Positions 39,960 to 52,413 of a stretch of DNA of 64,000 nucleotides are shown here, piece by piece (the stretch's first letter is position 1; each line of letters starts with the position of its first letter). The DNA lies in the NCBI GenBank assembly GCA_032718475.1, contig JAUCBJ010000648.1:1-64000 (forward strand). Reading direction: 5' to 3'. Made by a program: the position numbers and the translations under genes. The DNA comes from Nemertoderma westbladi. Its lineage: Eukaryota > Animalia > Xenacoelomorpha. Under the pieces are notes generated by a model. It saw nothing but the letters and a program-made list of their open reading frames with translations. It had not been told where the DNA came from and did not search any database.

Positions 39960-41700
39960 ATATCATGATATCATGTGCAATAGGCTTACCAACTGGTTAA
40001 AAATACCTTCGAACTTCGAATACCTTCGAAGTTGCCTGATTCATGTGCTAACCGTGAAGCTACTTCTAGATTACTCAAGAACTCATAAAACGCGTCTTTA
40101 TATTATTCTTACGGATTTTACAGCTGCTTTCCATCGAATTAGTCGGAGACAACTGTTTGTAAAGCTTGCTTCAATGGGATGTGGAATAGTACTTTTGTTT
40201 GCATTGATCGGTATGTATATGAACTCTAAAGTGGTTGTTGAATTTGGCTCAGAATATTCTGAGATCTTCTAAATTATGTGTGGAATAAGACAAGGTGGCC
40301 CATCGAGTCCAATCTTATTTGTAGCCTATACTATTGGCCTAATATCATTATTTAATAACTTGGATCATGATGACTACTTAAACAATATCCACGCCGGCGA
40401 TTCCACCATCTGGTGCTACAGAATCTCGCTATACTGGAATCGTTTTGTAATCACAATTTCATCACACTTAATCCAACAAAATGTTCATTTCTGTGCACAA
40501 ACGCCAGTAGGGAAGACAAGCAGCCAATACAGCTGAAATGTGGAAGTGTTGAATATTCATCGTGTGAAGTCTACTTGGGGTCCAGTCTGCACTCCTCTGG
40601 TAATCTCAAAGATATGTTTGCCGACGACATCAACCGCAATCAAAAACATTTCGCAAAGTACTTTGCATTCTTCCGAGAAAATTGTAATGCGCCGCTTAAA
40701 ATTAAGGAATTGGTGCTGGATGCTTGTCTTATGCCAGCGCCATATTGTATAACTGCGAAGCATTGGGTAATATAAACCTAAATCAGTTAGAAATCAAATA
40801 CCGCAAAGTTCTTAAAACTATACTTGGGGTCAAAGCATCAACTCCAAACGAGATGATATATATCGAACTCAACCGACCAATGCTAAAAGATTTTGTCAAG
40901 GCGCGGGCTGCGAAAGCTATTCAACATATTTAACCGAATAACGATTTTTGTGGTTCACCACTACATCACGTTATGCAACTAATGTCTCCTTTCTGTAACT
41001 ATATTAACGAATTAACCTCCTTGACATACAAGGACGTTATTGAATCGTCAATGAATTATCTTCGTAATTCTATCAAGGATAAAGCGGCGCAAGGCCGGTC
41101 TAAATATGTAACGTATCTCCAGCTAAACCCCACCCTATCAAGACCTGACGCATACAATTGCATGCACCAGTCTGTCGATCTCATAAACTATGCACGACTA
41201 AGGCTCAGCGCTCATGACCTCGCAGTTGAAAAGGGAAGATATCTCCGCATACCTCATGAGCTCCGTTTGTGTTCCTGTGGTGAGGTTGAGGATGAGCAAC
41301 ATTTCCTCTGCATGTGCCCACTCTCGAAAATATTCGTAAAGAGTTTACTGGGGAAACGGTTCTCAGCGCACCTGCACATATTCTTCTAAAAATTAAGAAC
41401 GCACCAACCTTCGTATCTAAGATGCTTCGCCATCGTAAAACTAACCCTAACACAAAATGTTGATAATTTAATCATTAGTTTTTGAACTTTTTTGTCAGTT
41501 TGCTGTCTAACCCCCGGCCCCCGCTCTACACTTAATGCATCTTTGGATCGTGTTTTTTTTGTAAGTTTGTTTTTGCTTTGTATTGTTTTTTACTACTTAG
41601 AGCGTTATATTCCCTGGACTAAATTGTTATATATTTTGTGTAATCGGTAATGTTTGTTTATTTATTTCTTCCTTTGGTCTATAAATACATACATATACAT
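39960..41700 (+). mobile_element. 5'-truncated degenerate LINE (RT and C-terminal Cys/His), with (ACAT)n-like tail
   Basis: DFTAAF, GIRQGGPSSPILF, YLGS, RLRLSAHDLAVEKGRY..CSCGEVEDEQHFLCMCP; absent from the paralogous site near 10455. Confidence 0.88.
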
Positions 41701-41910
41701 TTTGGAACGCGAAATTAAATACCCACAACTACACTTTTACAGCTGAACAACATTTCACTACTTATTGTCAATTGGAGTTACGTACATTAATTATATCGTA
41801 TTGTATTGTATATCTGGGACGTTTACAACAGCTGTCGATTAAAAACTAACAAAATCAGAAAACTGAACCAGGGTGCCAGCTGGGTATCAACTGCTGTTGG
41901 GTAGACTTAA

Positions 41911-42625
41911 GGGGGGGGGGGGTACACCATTTTGGTCCAAAATATGTCGAAATTTTTTTTATGGTCTATTGTAATGCACCATTGAATGGTGTTTCCAAAT
42001 CTGAAAACCGCTATTTAATAGCTCTTTTAGTTTTCAAGTTATGTAAATTTCCATTTACGGAATCCTATTGAAATTACTATTACTATGTATAATGAAAGGT
42101 CGATTATCTCCAAATATTTTTTTCATGAAATTGTCAACTTCAAAACCCTACTACTTCTACAATTTTTGAGTAATTAGTCTGAAACTTCCTGTGGGTGTCT
42201 AGATAGCCACCCTGCATAAAAGTATCACGCAACTTTTCGAAATTTTTTGTGAATAAAATTTAATACTATTTATAAAAAACCTAAAAATTTGCATAAATTT
42301 GCAGCGCCACCTAGCGGTGCAGAATTATTTTAACAAAATTTCGCCTGATAGTTATGTTGCCCCATCTTTGATCTATCATATAAAAAAACTTTCATGTAAT
42401 TAGGTTCAAAACTGTAAAAGCCTTAGGGTTTTAAGCGCAACCAAGTTTTTTTTGTTGTTAACTAGTATTAACTAATATTAAATAGCGAAAAAAAAAAATT
42501 TTCTGACCTGTCATGTAGAATAGCATCTTAGGCACCTATATGCCAAATTATAGCCAAAAACAAAAAATTTTGAAACGCTGAGAGTGATAAATCGAAGAGT
42601 TGTCCGAAAATAGTGTACCCCCCCC
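41911..42625. mobile_element. TTAA-targeting non-autonomous DNA transposon (Kolobok-like GG..CC termini)
   Basis: TSD TTAA (41907-41910, 42626-42629); TIR G-run+GTACAC(C/T)ATTTT; empty site tagacttaatggaag at 10661-10675. Confidence 0.85.
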
Positions 42626-42999
42626 TTAATGGAAGATTTCACAAACTTTCATAGGATGCTTGTACATGTACATTATATTGGTTGCTCCGATGTTTGTATT
42701 AGGCTAACTGAGAATGTATTAGGTATAAATAATTCGTGTTCTTTATTTTATTTATCTAATACAGAAAGACTCCTCCGCAGAATAAACTACTCTTTGGAGC
42801 CGTTTCCCAGGTTGTGGATATGGATAACATTTCACACATCGCATTAATTGTGATCATGATTTGTTTGCCTCGGCGAATGTTATATTACATTAGATGGGGC
42901 AGTTTGTTGGTTGATGCAAGTTATTCTTGGTTTGCATCTTCCAATCACATCTACTTCTTTGAGTCTGTTTAAGACAGGTTCGTTTAAAGAATTCCCCGT

Positions 43000-43697
43000 A
43001 CTTAGTTCCAATTTAAGCCTCATGCGAATTTAGTTCCAATGGAAACGAATTTAGTTCCAATATTGGCGAATTTAGTTCCAATTTAGGCGAACTTAGTTCC
43101 AATAACTAGAGAAAAACGAAAACGAATTTAGTTCCAATGCATGCGAACTTAGTTCCAATAGATGCGAATTTAGTTACAATGGATGCGAATTTAGTTCCAA
43201 TTTTGGCGAATTTAGTTCCAATGGAAGCGAATTTAGTTCCAATGTTTCAGGTGTGGGGCGAGCCACGTAGTTGGCGAAGAATCTGTTTATTGACACTATT
43301 AGGTGGATGGTTAAATAATAATTGTAATTAACCAACCCAAAACGCCCAAGCTCCTAACCAAAACAATCTTATCCCAAAATACGCCGTTCGTTTTGATATT
43401 CTGAGATTGTAACTAAGTTCGCCTCGATTGGAACTAAGTTCGCTTTGTAAAATTTATTTTGGAACTAAATTCGTTTCAATTGGAACTAAGTTCGCCTTTG
43501 AAAATGTGCGATTGGAACTAAGTTCGTGCTACCATTGGAACTAAGTTCGTGCTACCATTGGAACTAAGTGCGATTGGAACTAAGTTCGTGCTACCATTGG
43601 AACTATGTGCGATTGGAACTAAGTTCGTGCTACCATTGGAACTAAGTTCGTGCTACCATTGGAACTAAGTGCGATTGGAACTAAGTTCGTGCTACCG
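43000..43697. repeat. Second copy of the ttagttccaat foldback-like element (inverted subunit arms)
   Basis: Forward units at 43000-43245, reverse units at 43400-43697. Confidence 0.75.
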
Positions 43698-44844
43698 TTT
43701 AAAGACATCTTGATGGCGTTCTATTACTAACATACAAAAATTAATGCTTTGCTGTTAAAAAGCTTTCTCACCAACCACGCAAATATTACGAGATTGAATT
43801 AAAGAATTCTGTGGTACATTTTACTTTTGTTATTAAATTTCAATGCTCTGGTTGTTCGATTAGAAGTGGATACCATGGTTAAATTTGCGCTGAAATGTAA
43901 ACATATTTTATTTAAGGGCCAAAGTAGTCAGTACAGCAGTAGACCCATCACAAATTCAATAAAAATAGTTTAATTTTACATGTTATAACAAAATATATTA
44001 ATCAAAATTCAAAAAATATCTATATAAACAGTAAACTCGGATACTAGAAAATATCTTAAAGTTGAACGTTTGTTTGCCAAGTTTTATTTTAAATTCTGGG
44101 GCCAAATGTAACTTCCGCTTTGGCATGAATGGCAGGGAAATATTATTAACAATTAGAAAGTAGTAGTACAGTAGCTTTCTAGTGCATGTTCAGATGGTAA
44201 GTGAATATGTGAAGAAATGTGTGGCAAATTGGAGAACTGCATACAGAACAGGTCCAAACCATAACAAAACACCGCAGGAGATAACTGTCAAGTTTCAGAA
44301 TTCAGCTTAAACTAAGTGTAAATAACAAAGTTGGAGGACGTGGTCACTTTCAGAAATTTAGCCCTCTAGCGGTAGACTGGGGAACGCATACGACTCCGTA
44401 AAGATACAGCCTACTTAAAATAAATAACACCCCCATTAGACGCAATGATAAGAGCGCCAGCTGGTGCTAATGCAAAATGAATAAAAATGGCCAAGTAATG
44501 CTATTGAAGGGATAGGCCCAAACTGCACAGAAGTATTATACTTTCCAAGTTTAGAAAGGTTGTGTTTACTCAGTCACTCTATCCCAGCCGTATAAATCCT
44601 AATTGGAAATTTCATTTCTGATAACCGTCTCCATCAGTTTTACTAGAAGGGACGTCAGTGATATAGGCCGATAGTTACTGGCAACAGATCGTGAACCTTT
44701 GTTTTTATACAATGGGATCACATGGGCAAGCCGCCAATAAGCAGCCGGGACAATACCGAGGTCAAAAGACTGCTGAAATTATTTTGACAGCGACGAGGCT
44801 AACCAGGTACAAAGATTGCGTAGAAACACAGCAGGAATTTTATA

Positions 44845-45001
44845 TAATAAAATCAACTTGTACTCTAATACTATTTATTTCTTCTTTAAATAAACATTCT
44901 CTAGTAAATTTAGATCCATCTCGTTCCACTAGTTTATATCCATTATACTTGAACCCCAAAATAACATCAGTTAGAATCAGTAATATCAGTAATGATTTCA
45001 T
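44845..45001 (-). pseudogene. Truncated third copy of receptor exon 1 (first ~52 codons)
   Basis: MKSLLILLILTDVILGFKYNGYKLVERDGSKFTRECLFKEEINSIRVQVDFII, then homology stops. Confidence 0.85.
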
Positions 45002-45849
45002 TGTTATTGAGACTAACACTTACAGATTAAATATCCTCACGACATTTTAACCTGTTTTTATATGATCAACTTCATACGCTGTATTTTCTTTGGACTAATT
45101 AATTATTATGTAAACTAAATTACTTAACATATCATTATTATCTTACGTATTTATTCACAATCTCTATATAATCTACTAATAGTCAATAAATACATACATA
45201 TCCATGGCTGACTTGTAGTAACATATAAAGATGAACTGTTGAATAGACATCTTTCTAATAGATCACATCTTACTACTTACTATATTGGGTGAATTCTGTG
45301 GTATTTCTGTGATTAAATGTCAATGCTGAGATTGGACGATAAAAAGTGGATGTTATGGATATATTTAAGCTGAAATGTGAAAGTTGCCTTGTGGACAACA
45401 GATTTGATTTAAAGGCCGAAGTAGTCAGTACATTAGTATACCCATTATATGCTTCACTAATTAAATAAAAATACTTTATTTTTAAATGTTTTAACAAAAT
45501 ATTTCAACCAAAATACAACAAGTAATATAAACAATAAACACGGAAGCTATAAAATATATTATAGATGAACTTTTGTTTGCCAAGTTTTATATTAAATTCT
45601 GGGGCCGAATGTAACTTCCTCTTTGGCATGAATGGCAGGGAAATAGTAACAATATGGTAGATTTATGTTGAGTCCCCGATTGGAAGAAATCCCTAATGTT
45701 CTACAACTTCGGCGATTTGAAAGAAATAATGAGAGAGAAAATATTATGTTACAGAATAATAATTTTAAAATAAAAAAGATACCAAATATAATACAAATAA
45801 GGATAGTAATATTTACTGACAGTTGTTACCCGTTATTAACAGTTGTCCA

Positions 45850-47753
45850 TGAAGCGAAGAGACGTACCTGATATCCTGCAATATCCTACTGTAAAGTTTG
45901 TGAATCAAAACATAATCCGACCTTCTCACCAAAACAGTAAACTCTAAGTAAGCAAATCTATTGCAGTATCGGTCTCTTATAACCGGTGAGGCAGAAAACA
46001 GTCTACGAACGGACAAACTTCGATAAAACAAAATCCCGCGCAGCGAATCCTAAAATCGGGCTGACTCACTGACGGACTAAGGGCGCTCGTATACTTTGCC
46101 GCGGTGTGATTTATATGTGGGTGAGAGATAGAGGCGCTAGCTAGGTGTCTAACTAGCGGGCAAAGTGCAGTACGGACAAAAATTATTTTATATATTTTGA
46201 GGTGTAAATAATTCCTAACGCGTGTGTGTCTTGATTCTAACAGTCAAAATCAGTTTTAGATCCTTCATATATATAATTACTGGGTCCGGTGTACATTTTA
46301 CAAATATTCTAATTTTGTAGCTTGTAGGTCCAATACTCACGAATGACAAGGCTCCTTCCCCTTTTGTGTATTTCCAGGACTCAAATTCAGGCATAAGGTT
46401 AATACTACGCCCAGAATTCGGCAATTTAATTTACCAGGTCCCTAATACTAAGAAGAAATGTGTTAGTTTACTACAGTAGGCGTACAGTTACAAAATAGCT
46501 AGCCTGGCGTCCTATCTAGAATTTTGGTTGCCTAGGTGGGCACGGCAACTTCCTATCAGAATGTCGGCGGGGACACGGTAGATGTTAGTATCCCTAATAG
46601 CCTCAATTTATATGCGCCCAGCAGTAAACTGCCCTACCGCCTGAACGGTACAATCCCAATTCAGGTAAAAACACAGTAACCCTTCCTGGCCTACAAGTTC
46701 TAATGCAAATGGACACCGTTGTACTACAAACGGCCACCGACGCACCTATACCTGGCAAATGAGTTAGGCGTACAGCTTGCTGCACCCTACTAATGTGTAT
46801 GCCTTGTACTGGTGTGCCTGCGTTCTATCTGTGTACTAGTATCTCTCTGCCTGATCTCTTCCTCCCCCCGTAGGAATATGAAGGTCTACTGTGGGTTTTT
46901 CTGAATTAAGACAGTACAGTCCCTAAATGTAATTTTTAGCGCACAGCGTGTCAGTACCTCTACCTTCGATCTTAGGTCTTACACTTAGGTAACGAGGCAT
47001 CGAATGCTGTCTAACCTTTCAGGCGATGGGCGAATAACTAAGAATGGGTATTGCGGGTTGTCTCCTTCTACATTCCTCCGATGTTCCCGTCTATTGCCGC
47101 GGTCCGATGTCTAGCCTGCCATCTGTCTCTCAGTTGTGTTCACCGTGGTGAAACATAGTAAAAGCAGATGTAACAAATACTTTCTAACTTTATTACAAAT
47201 AAACAATAACTAATATACAATAAATGTAACAAGACGTAGTAAGAAGTGAATGATAATTGAAGTTTAAGATAAGTTTAAGTTTAAGATTGAAGAGTGAAGA
47301 TTAAGATAACTAATGAACAAATCGCACCCTTTTATAGCAAATTAGTGCTGCTAACAATCTAGATAAATCTCGATTGTTCTATGAGTTCTACTAGGTTTTT
47401 AAAGATAATCATTGGTCCAGCAAACACGTATCTTGCACGACATTGGTTACTATCTAATGACTGCAATCGCATTGGTTAATCTACCTTAAGCAGATACAAT
47501 TAAATCGTAGCGGTTAATTCAAATGAGTTGAAACTTAGCACAAAAAATAATTCACACTTGCTAGGATTCGAACTCGATACCTACTACACGATTTTCTAAC
47601 GCATAACCGACTGAGCTACTGAACCACTTAAACAATGTTACACAAATAGATATAGTAAATGCAAATGAGGACTTAATGTAATCTTTATAGCAAATTAATT
47701 CGAACAAAATAAAATTTTGAAAATCCACGGCTTTATGGGGATATAATTCTATA
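45850..47753 (-). repeat. E3 3' LTR (inner boundary inferred from the PPT)
   Basis: Matches 62644-64000 up to 47206; PPT-like GGAGCGG (plus ccgctcc 47754-47760, as in E2) marks the likely start, where TG appears mutated to TA; CCAAT boxes, TATAAAA (47331-47337) and AATAAA (about 47189) on the minus strand. Confidence 0.75.
47542..47625 (-). ncRNA. tRNA-like Pol III cassette (A box, B box, T6 terminator) in the probable U3 of E3
   Basis: GGTTCAG-TAGCTCAGTCGG-..-GAGTTCGAATCC-..TTTTTT; no intact cloverleaf seen. Confidence 0.6.
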
Positions 47754-48339
47754 CCGCTCCATGAAAACAGGATATTATCGTGAATAAAATATACGGTTTT
47801 CACCAATACTAAATCAAATTATGGAATACTTGGGACGTACTTACATATTTACAAATTAAATCTCAACAATAATACCTTTACATAATAATTCGATACAAAT
47901 AATTACAAATTCAAACTTTACGTATTTAAGGCTTTATTAAGTAGGTACAATATAAATCTAAATTAAATTCACCAATATAAATCTATTGCATCTCAAATAT
48001 TGCATAAACTCAAACAATCACAAGTACAAATGCTACTTAAATATAAAACAAATTGCATAAGTTCGGAATAATTTCGAATGAAATCACAAGAAAGGCTCAC
48101 AAGTCTTCCATCTGCTCTTGCCTTTTATTTACTGCGAATACCAGTACTGCTTCTTTATAAAATATAAATTGCATAATATTCGAAACAATAAATTGCGTAA
48201 GTTTGGAATGACTACAAATATAACACTTTCTAAATATAAATCTTTCTAAATATAAATTCCTTCTAAATATAAATTCCTTCTAAATATAAATTCCTTTTAA
48301 ATTTCATAAAATTGGAACAATACAAAATACATAAATTTG

Positions 48340-48575
48340 GAACAATATAAATTGCATAAATTTGGAACAATATAAATTGCATAAATTTAGAACAATATAA
48401 ATTGCATAAATTTAGAACAATATAAATTGCATAAATTTAGAACAATATAAATTGCATAAATTTAGAACAATATAAATTGCATAAATTTAGAACAATATAA
48501 ATTGCATAAATTTAGAACAATATAAATTGCATAAATTTAGAACAATATAAACTGCATAAATTTAGAACAATATAA
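48340..48575. repeat. 25-bp minisatellite in the E3 3' UTR
   Basis: About 9 copies of aacaatataaattgcataaatttag. Confidence 0.9.
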
Positions 48576-48691
48576 ACTTTAAATTTAATCATAAGAAAGG
48601 CTCACGAGTCTTCCGTCCATTCCTTCCTTCCCACTTTACATAAGTTCTTACGAGTTTGGAATAATTAGTCCTTTCAAGTATAACACTTTAT

Positions 48692-51496
48692 TTATCGTTT
48701 TGTGGATTGAGCACGGCCGCGCCCTCGAAAACTGCGTACAGGCGACTTGGCTCGTACTACAGGGCTTATGGGGCGAGTCCCTGGTTTACCTTGGACGTTG
48801 GGAGACGGTGCGACCATTTCCTCACAAGCTCGCCTTCTAGTAATCCCAAATCCTCGTCCGACTCCTCGTGACCGACTAGTTGTATCCACTGTTGGCAAAA
48901 CGTCTGGGAACGCGCGGGAAGCGGACGACGCAGACCCAAGAGAAACTTGCGCCCCCCTTTGATCGACTGGTATGTGTCCTAATCCTACTTGCGGTTCTCT
49001 GGGAAGTGACACCGTATCCCGAGTAACGCGAATGGTCGGTTCATATCCCCTTCGTTCTTCAACATTTATAGTTCTCTTTAGTTGTTGGCTCACTTTCTGA
49101 ACCCTTATAATCCTATTCTGTCCGTCCTCCCGAGGGTGACGTGCAGACGGCGCAACCGGAGTAGCTGGTATGTTGGTCGCCTCTAGGATCTCCTCTTCCT
49201 CGAATACGCTCGCTCGTATACGTTTGTGATAGAATGCGGCTCGGTATGCCCATGCGAAGGTTAACCAAGCTCCCTTGTTCCGCTTTTCTGTTCGGAAACG
49301 ATCGAATTCACCATATGGGATACGATTGACGACTTTCTGGAAGTTCCATGTATTCTTATTATCGGGATGAATCTGTAGCAAATATTCGCGCACAACTCTG
49401 AATCCACTATCATGACGCAAAATATCGACTACCTCGATTAGTTCGTCATATTGTGGCATAGCGGAGATATATCCTTCCGACATCATAGTTTGAGGGTTTA
49501 CCGCCCAAAAATCCAAGATGTGCCCTCATTGGGAATCGTCTTCTTTGCGCCGATACATGTTCGTCAGCCAAATCTTCCCAATCATCAAACAGTTTTCGCA
49601 TTAATTTTACAGATTCGTGTTCGTATGGTATGTCTCGCAGTTGGCATTCAGATGCTCGATGTCCCTTTATATTGCAATATGTGCATTGAGCCATAAATCT
49701 CCAGCAAGTATAAAATGTATGGAACCCTTGATCTCCACACCATCCACAAATCAGTTGAGTCGTAGTAATGTGTTTTCCACTGCATTTCGTCGAATGATGT
49801 CCAGCGATGCCACATTTACCACACATCGTATTGGCAGGGTACCACACTCGCTCATATATGAGATCTCCAATGGGTCGAGCGCTTCCTCCCACACTATAGT
49901 CATAATCGTCTGGATCAATAGGTTGGTATGTTTCAGAAGGTTGTATGCAAACTACAGCATCTGTTGCTTCAAGTTGACGAATCTCCGTCTGAGATTTCTT
50001 CGGGAGGTTCCTTTCAATCTCAAGAAGTTCCTCTAGAGGATCATCGATGGTCGTCGTTACGTCGGAATCATCACCTAAGTGACCGATAGGCGCGCGCGTC
50101 TGCCGTGATTCGTCGATAACCTCCACGATACGTTCTCCTTCATAAGGTAACATTGTAAACATAGATGGTCTTTCGATAAGAGATCCCGCACAGCGAAGAT
50201 ACACGTCTCGAAATATACTAAATCCTGCCCGAGTAAAGGCGTTGCACTGAGCGTCGGAATTGTAGAAGGGTTCGAGAAATCGTCTAAACATGTCGGTGTG
50301 AATTCTCCCTTCCGCGTAGAACGTATGATCTTCTCCGAGGCAAAGTGGATGTCGTTTTAGAGTCCGAGACACAATGTCGGCGATCAAGCAAACATTCACC
50401 GATGACTCTATCGCTAAATAATATTGTAGTACTGCTCTTGGAGGTGAAGTAATAGCCCAATATACGCATCCTCTCCATTTAAGCTGTGATTCAAACTCAT
50501 TTATATCTGGAGTATCACCTTCTCCATACGTTTCGATATACTTTGTTCTTTTACTTTCCTTGTAATCCCAATTGAACAATAAGTAGGAAATGTATCCAGT
50601 TCCGGTCTTCTGAGTATCATACTCCCGGAAATATCCTTGTTCTATAGACCATAGTATAAGAGGTCGGGTGTCGACGTAAGGTGTCGGTAATCGGTCGTCA
50701 CTGTCCGACATGCCAGCAAAGTTGCTAAGTAAATCCTCTCTAACTCCTGATCCAATCTTTACAACGGTTTTATCTAAAATGATATTTCTGACCATCTTCG
50801 GTAACATCCTAGCGTCGATGTTGCAGGCTTGGTCCATCTTCTTTACTATATTAGTGATGAGATGGTGCCGCTTGGTATTTCCTGGAGGTATCGGCATTCG
50901 CTTGTCGCTCCTTTGTCTACTGAAACGTGCAAAACTCCGTCTGCCGCTCTAATTTGTATAGTCTTGGAAGTCAGACTCTGTTGATGGCTGCCGCCCTCGT
51001 TGTCATAAAACATGTAACCGTTTTCCTGAAACGATCTAAACGTTCTGTTCCATTCGTCCAATAATTCTTCCGAAGGTTGCCAAATCTTCTCTATGTCCTT
51101 CTCGTCCTCGAAGCGAATGATTTTACCTTGCCAGTTCGTAGCGATGTCTGTATCCGACTCAAAGGTTCCTGTTCCGATCCACAAACGAATTGTTCTGGTC
51201 AGATATCCTCTTAAGTTACTCGGAGCTATATCAGCGCCAGCTCTATCCAGTTCCCTAAAGTCTTGAATATGAGGCGGAACATTATGCAGGACCTTTTGCG
51301 TAATATGTCTACGTAAATCATATATCTTAACCATATTGCTTAGAACAACTGCAGGAAGAAACTCTAAGTTTGAAATGATTTCCGGATGATCCACAATAGG
51401 TATTTCATACGTCGTATCTTGTCGAACTGGTATACTAATAGGGAAATTGAGTGTCGTACTCAATGGTTTCGTAGTCGAAGTACTATGTGGTTGCAT
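48692..51496 (-). pseudogene. E3 accessory ORF: DEDDy-type 3'-5' exonuclease, three CCHC zinc knuckles and a basic/RG tail (two 1-bp frameshifts)
   Basis: ExoI MFYDNEG, TIQIR..LHVF, ExoII LPKMVRNIILDKTVVKIGSGVREDL, YVDT, ExoIII YLAIE; knuckles CGKCGIAGHHSTKC, CGWCGDQGFHTFYTC, CTYCNIKGHRASEC; indels in T-runs at about 50924 and 49509. Confidence 0.75.
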
Positions 51497-51555
51497 TTCT
51501 CTTGTCCTTTCCGGGGATGCAATCTGTAGCCTCTGAATAACGTTTTGGGCAAAGT

Positions 51556-52413
51556 TTATACTTTCGAAACTTCCGGTGTCATCTCCTTAGCTGAAGTTTG
51601 GTCGTGTGACGTCCAATGGTAAGGTAGGCTCGCGAGTCTTCCGCCCCATTCTTCCATCTCACCTTCCTCGAAAGCCTTATAGGCTCTGTATAGGCTAAGA
51701 GCTTCTTTCTTTTCGCGGGTTGACTGAGTCACCTCTTCCAGCGAAAGTTCAAACGCATCGGGTTCAACAATCTTAGGTGGACAAACGACAATTTCTCCCG
51801 CCTTTGGTCCACACATAGCAAATGAATGATACGGATTCGATAAAGGATACCCTCCTTTGTGGTAGCGTAGTTGTTGATGGTTCGAACACCTCGCCAATAT
51901 CGGTTCGGGATTTTCCTTAATCAAACGCATCGGAATCGCCTTTTGTTGTTCGCGCATACAAGCACCACATTGATAATAAAGTTTGTAAACTGAAAAGGCT
52001 TCCTTCGTTTCTCTATCGTCTCCTCGAGTTCGTCTGTAAAGATGCATTCCATCGAATTCATCGCGTACCGCAGGCATAGGTTCATGTGCCTTCAGGTATT
52101 GCATGGTATGATACAAACGACTAATTTCGGTGTCGGGGTCTTCACTGATATCTCCCGTATCACATAAAGCATCGTACGGATAAAGTTCATTGAAGGTTTT
52201 ACGCAAACTTTCGATTCTTTGGTTTAGAGCGTTCTGCCTCCTCTTTAATACTGTCGAGTCGTATTTAGTTTTAGCAAGTTTTGCTGTACTTTCTGATAAA
52301 TCCTTTATTCCGAATATGGTGTATTCCTTTGCACCGAATCTTTCGAATGGAGCTGCTGCTTCCTCTTGAATATCGTATCCCCATCTCGGCTCTCCATGTA
52401 TCCCTTTCGCCAT
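51556..52413 (-). CDS. E3 accessory ORF of unknown function with a CxxC..CxxH motif; possibly the N-terminus of the exonuclease polyprotein
   Basis: ATG 52413 (MAKGIHG); RLYHTMQY..YYQCGAC..RCSNH aligns with E2 RLYSTMMY..YYCDEC..RCAKH. Confidence 0.7.
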   Translation of the reverse strand: MAKGIHGEPRWGYDIQEEAAAPFERFGAKEYTIFGIKDLSESTAKLAKTKYDSTVLKRRQNALNQRIESLRKTFNELYPYDALCDTGDISEDPDTEISRLYHTMQYLKAHEPMPAVRDEFDGMHLYRRTRGDDRETKEAFSVYKLYYQCGACMREQQKAIPMRLIKENPEPILARCSNHQQLRYHKGGYPLSNPYHSFAMCGPKAGEIVVCPPKIVEPDAFELSLEEVTQSTREKKEALSLYRAYKAFEEGEMEEWGGRLASLPYHWTSHDQTSAKEMTPEVSKV

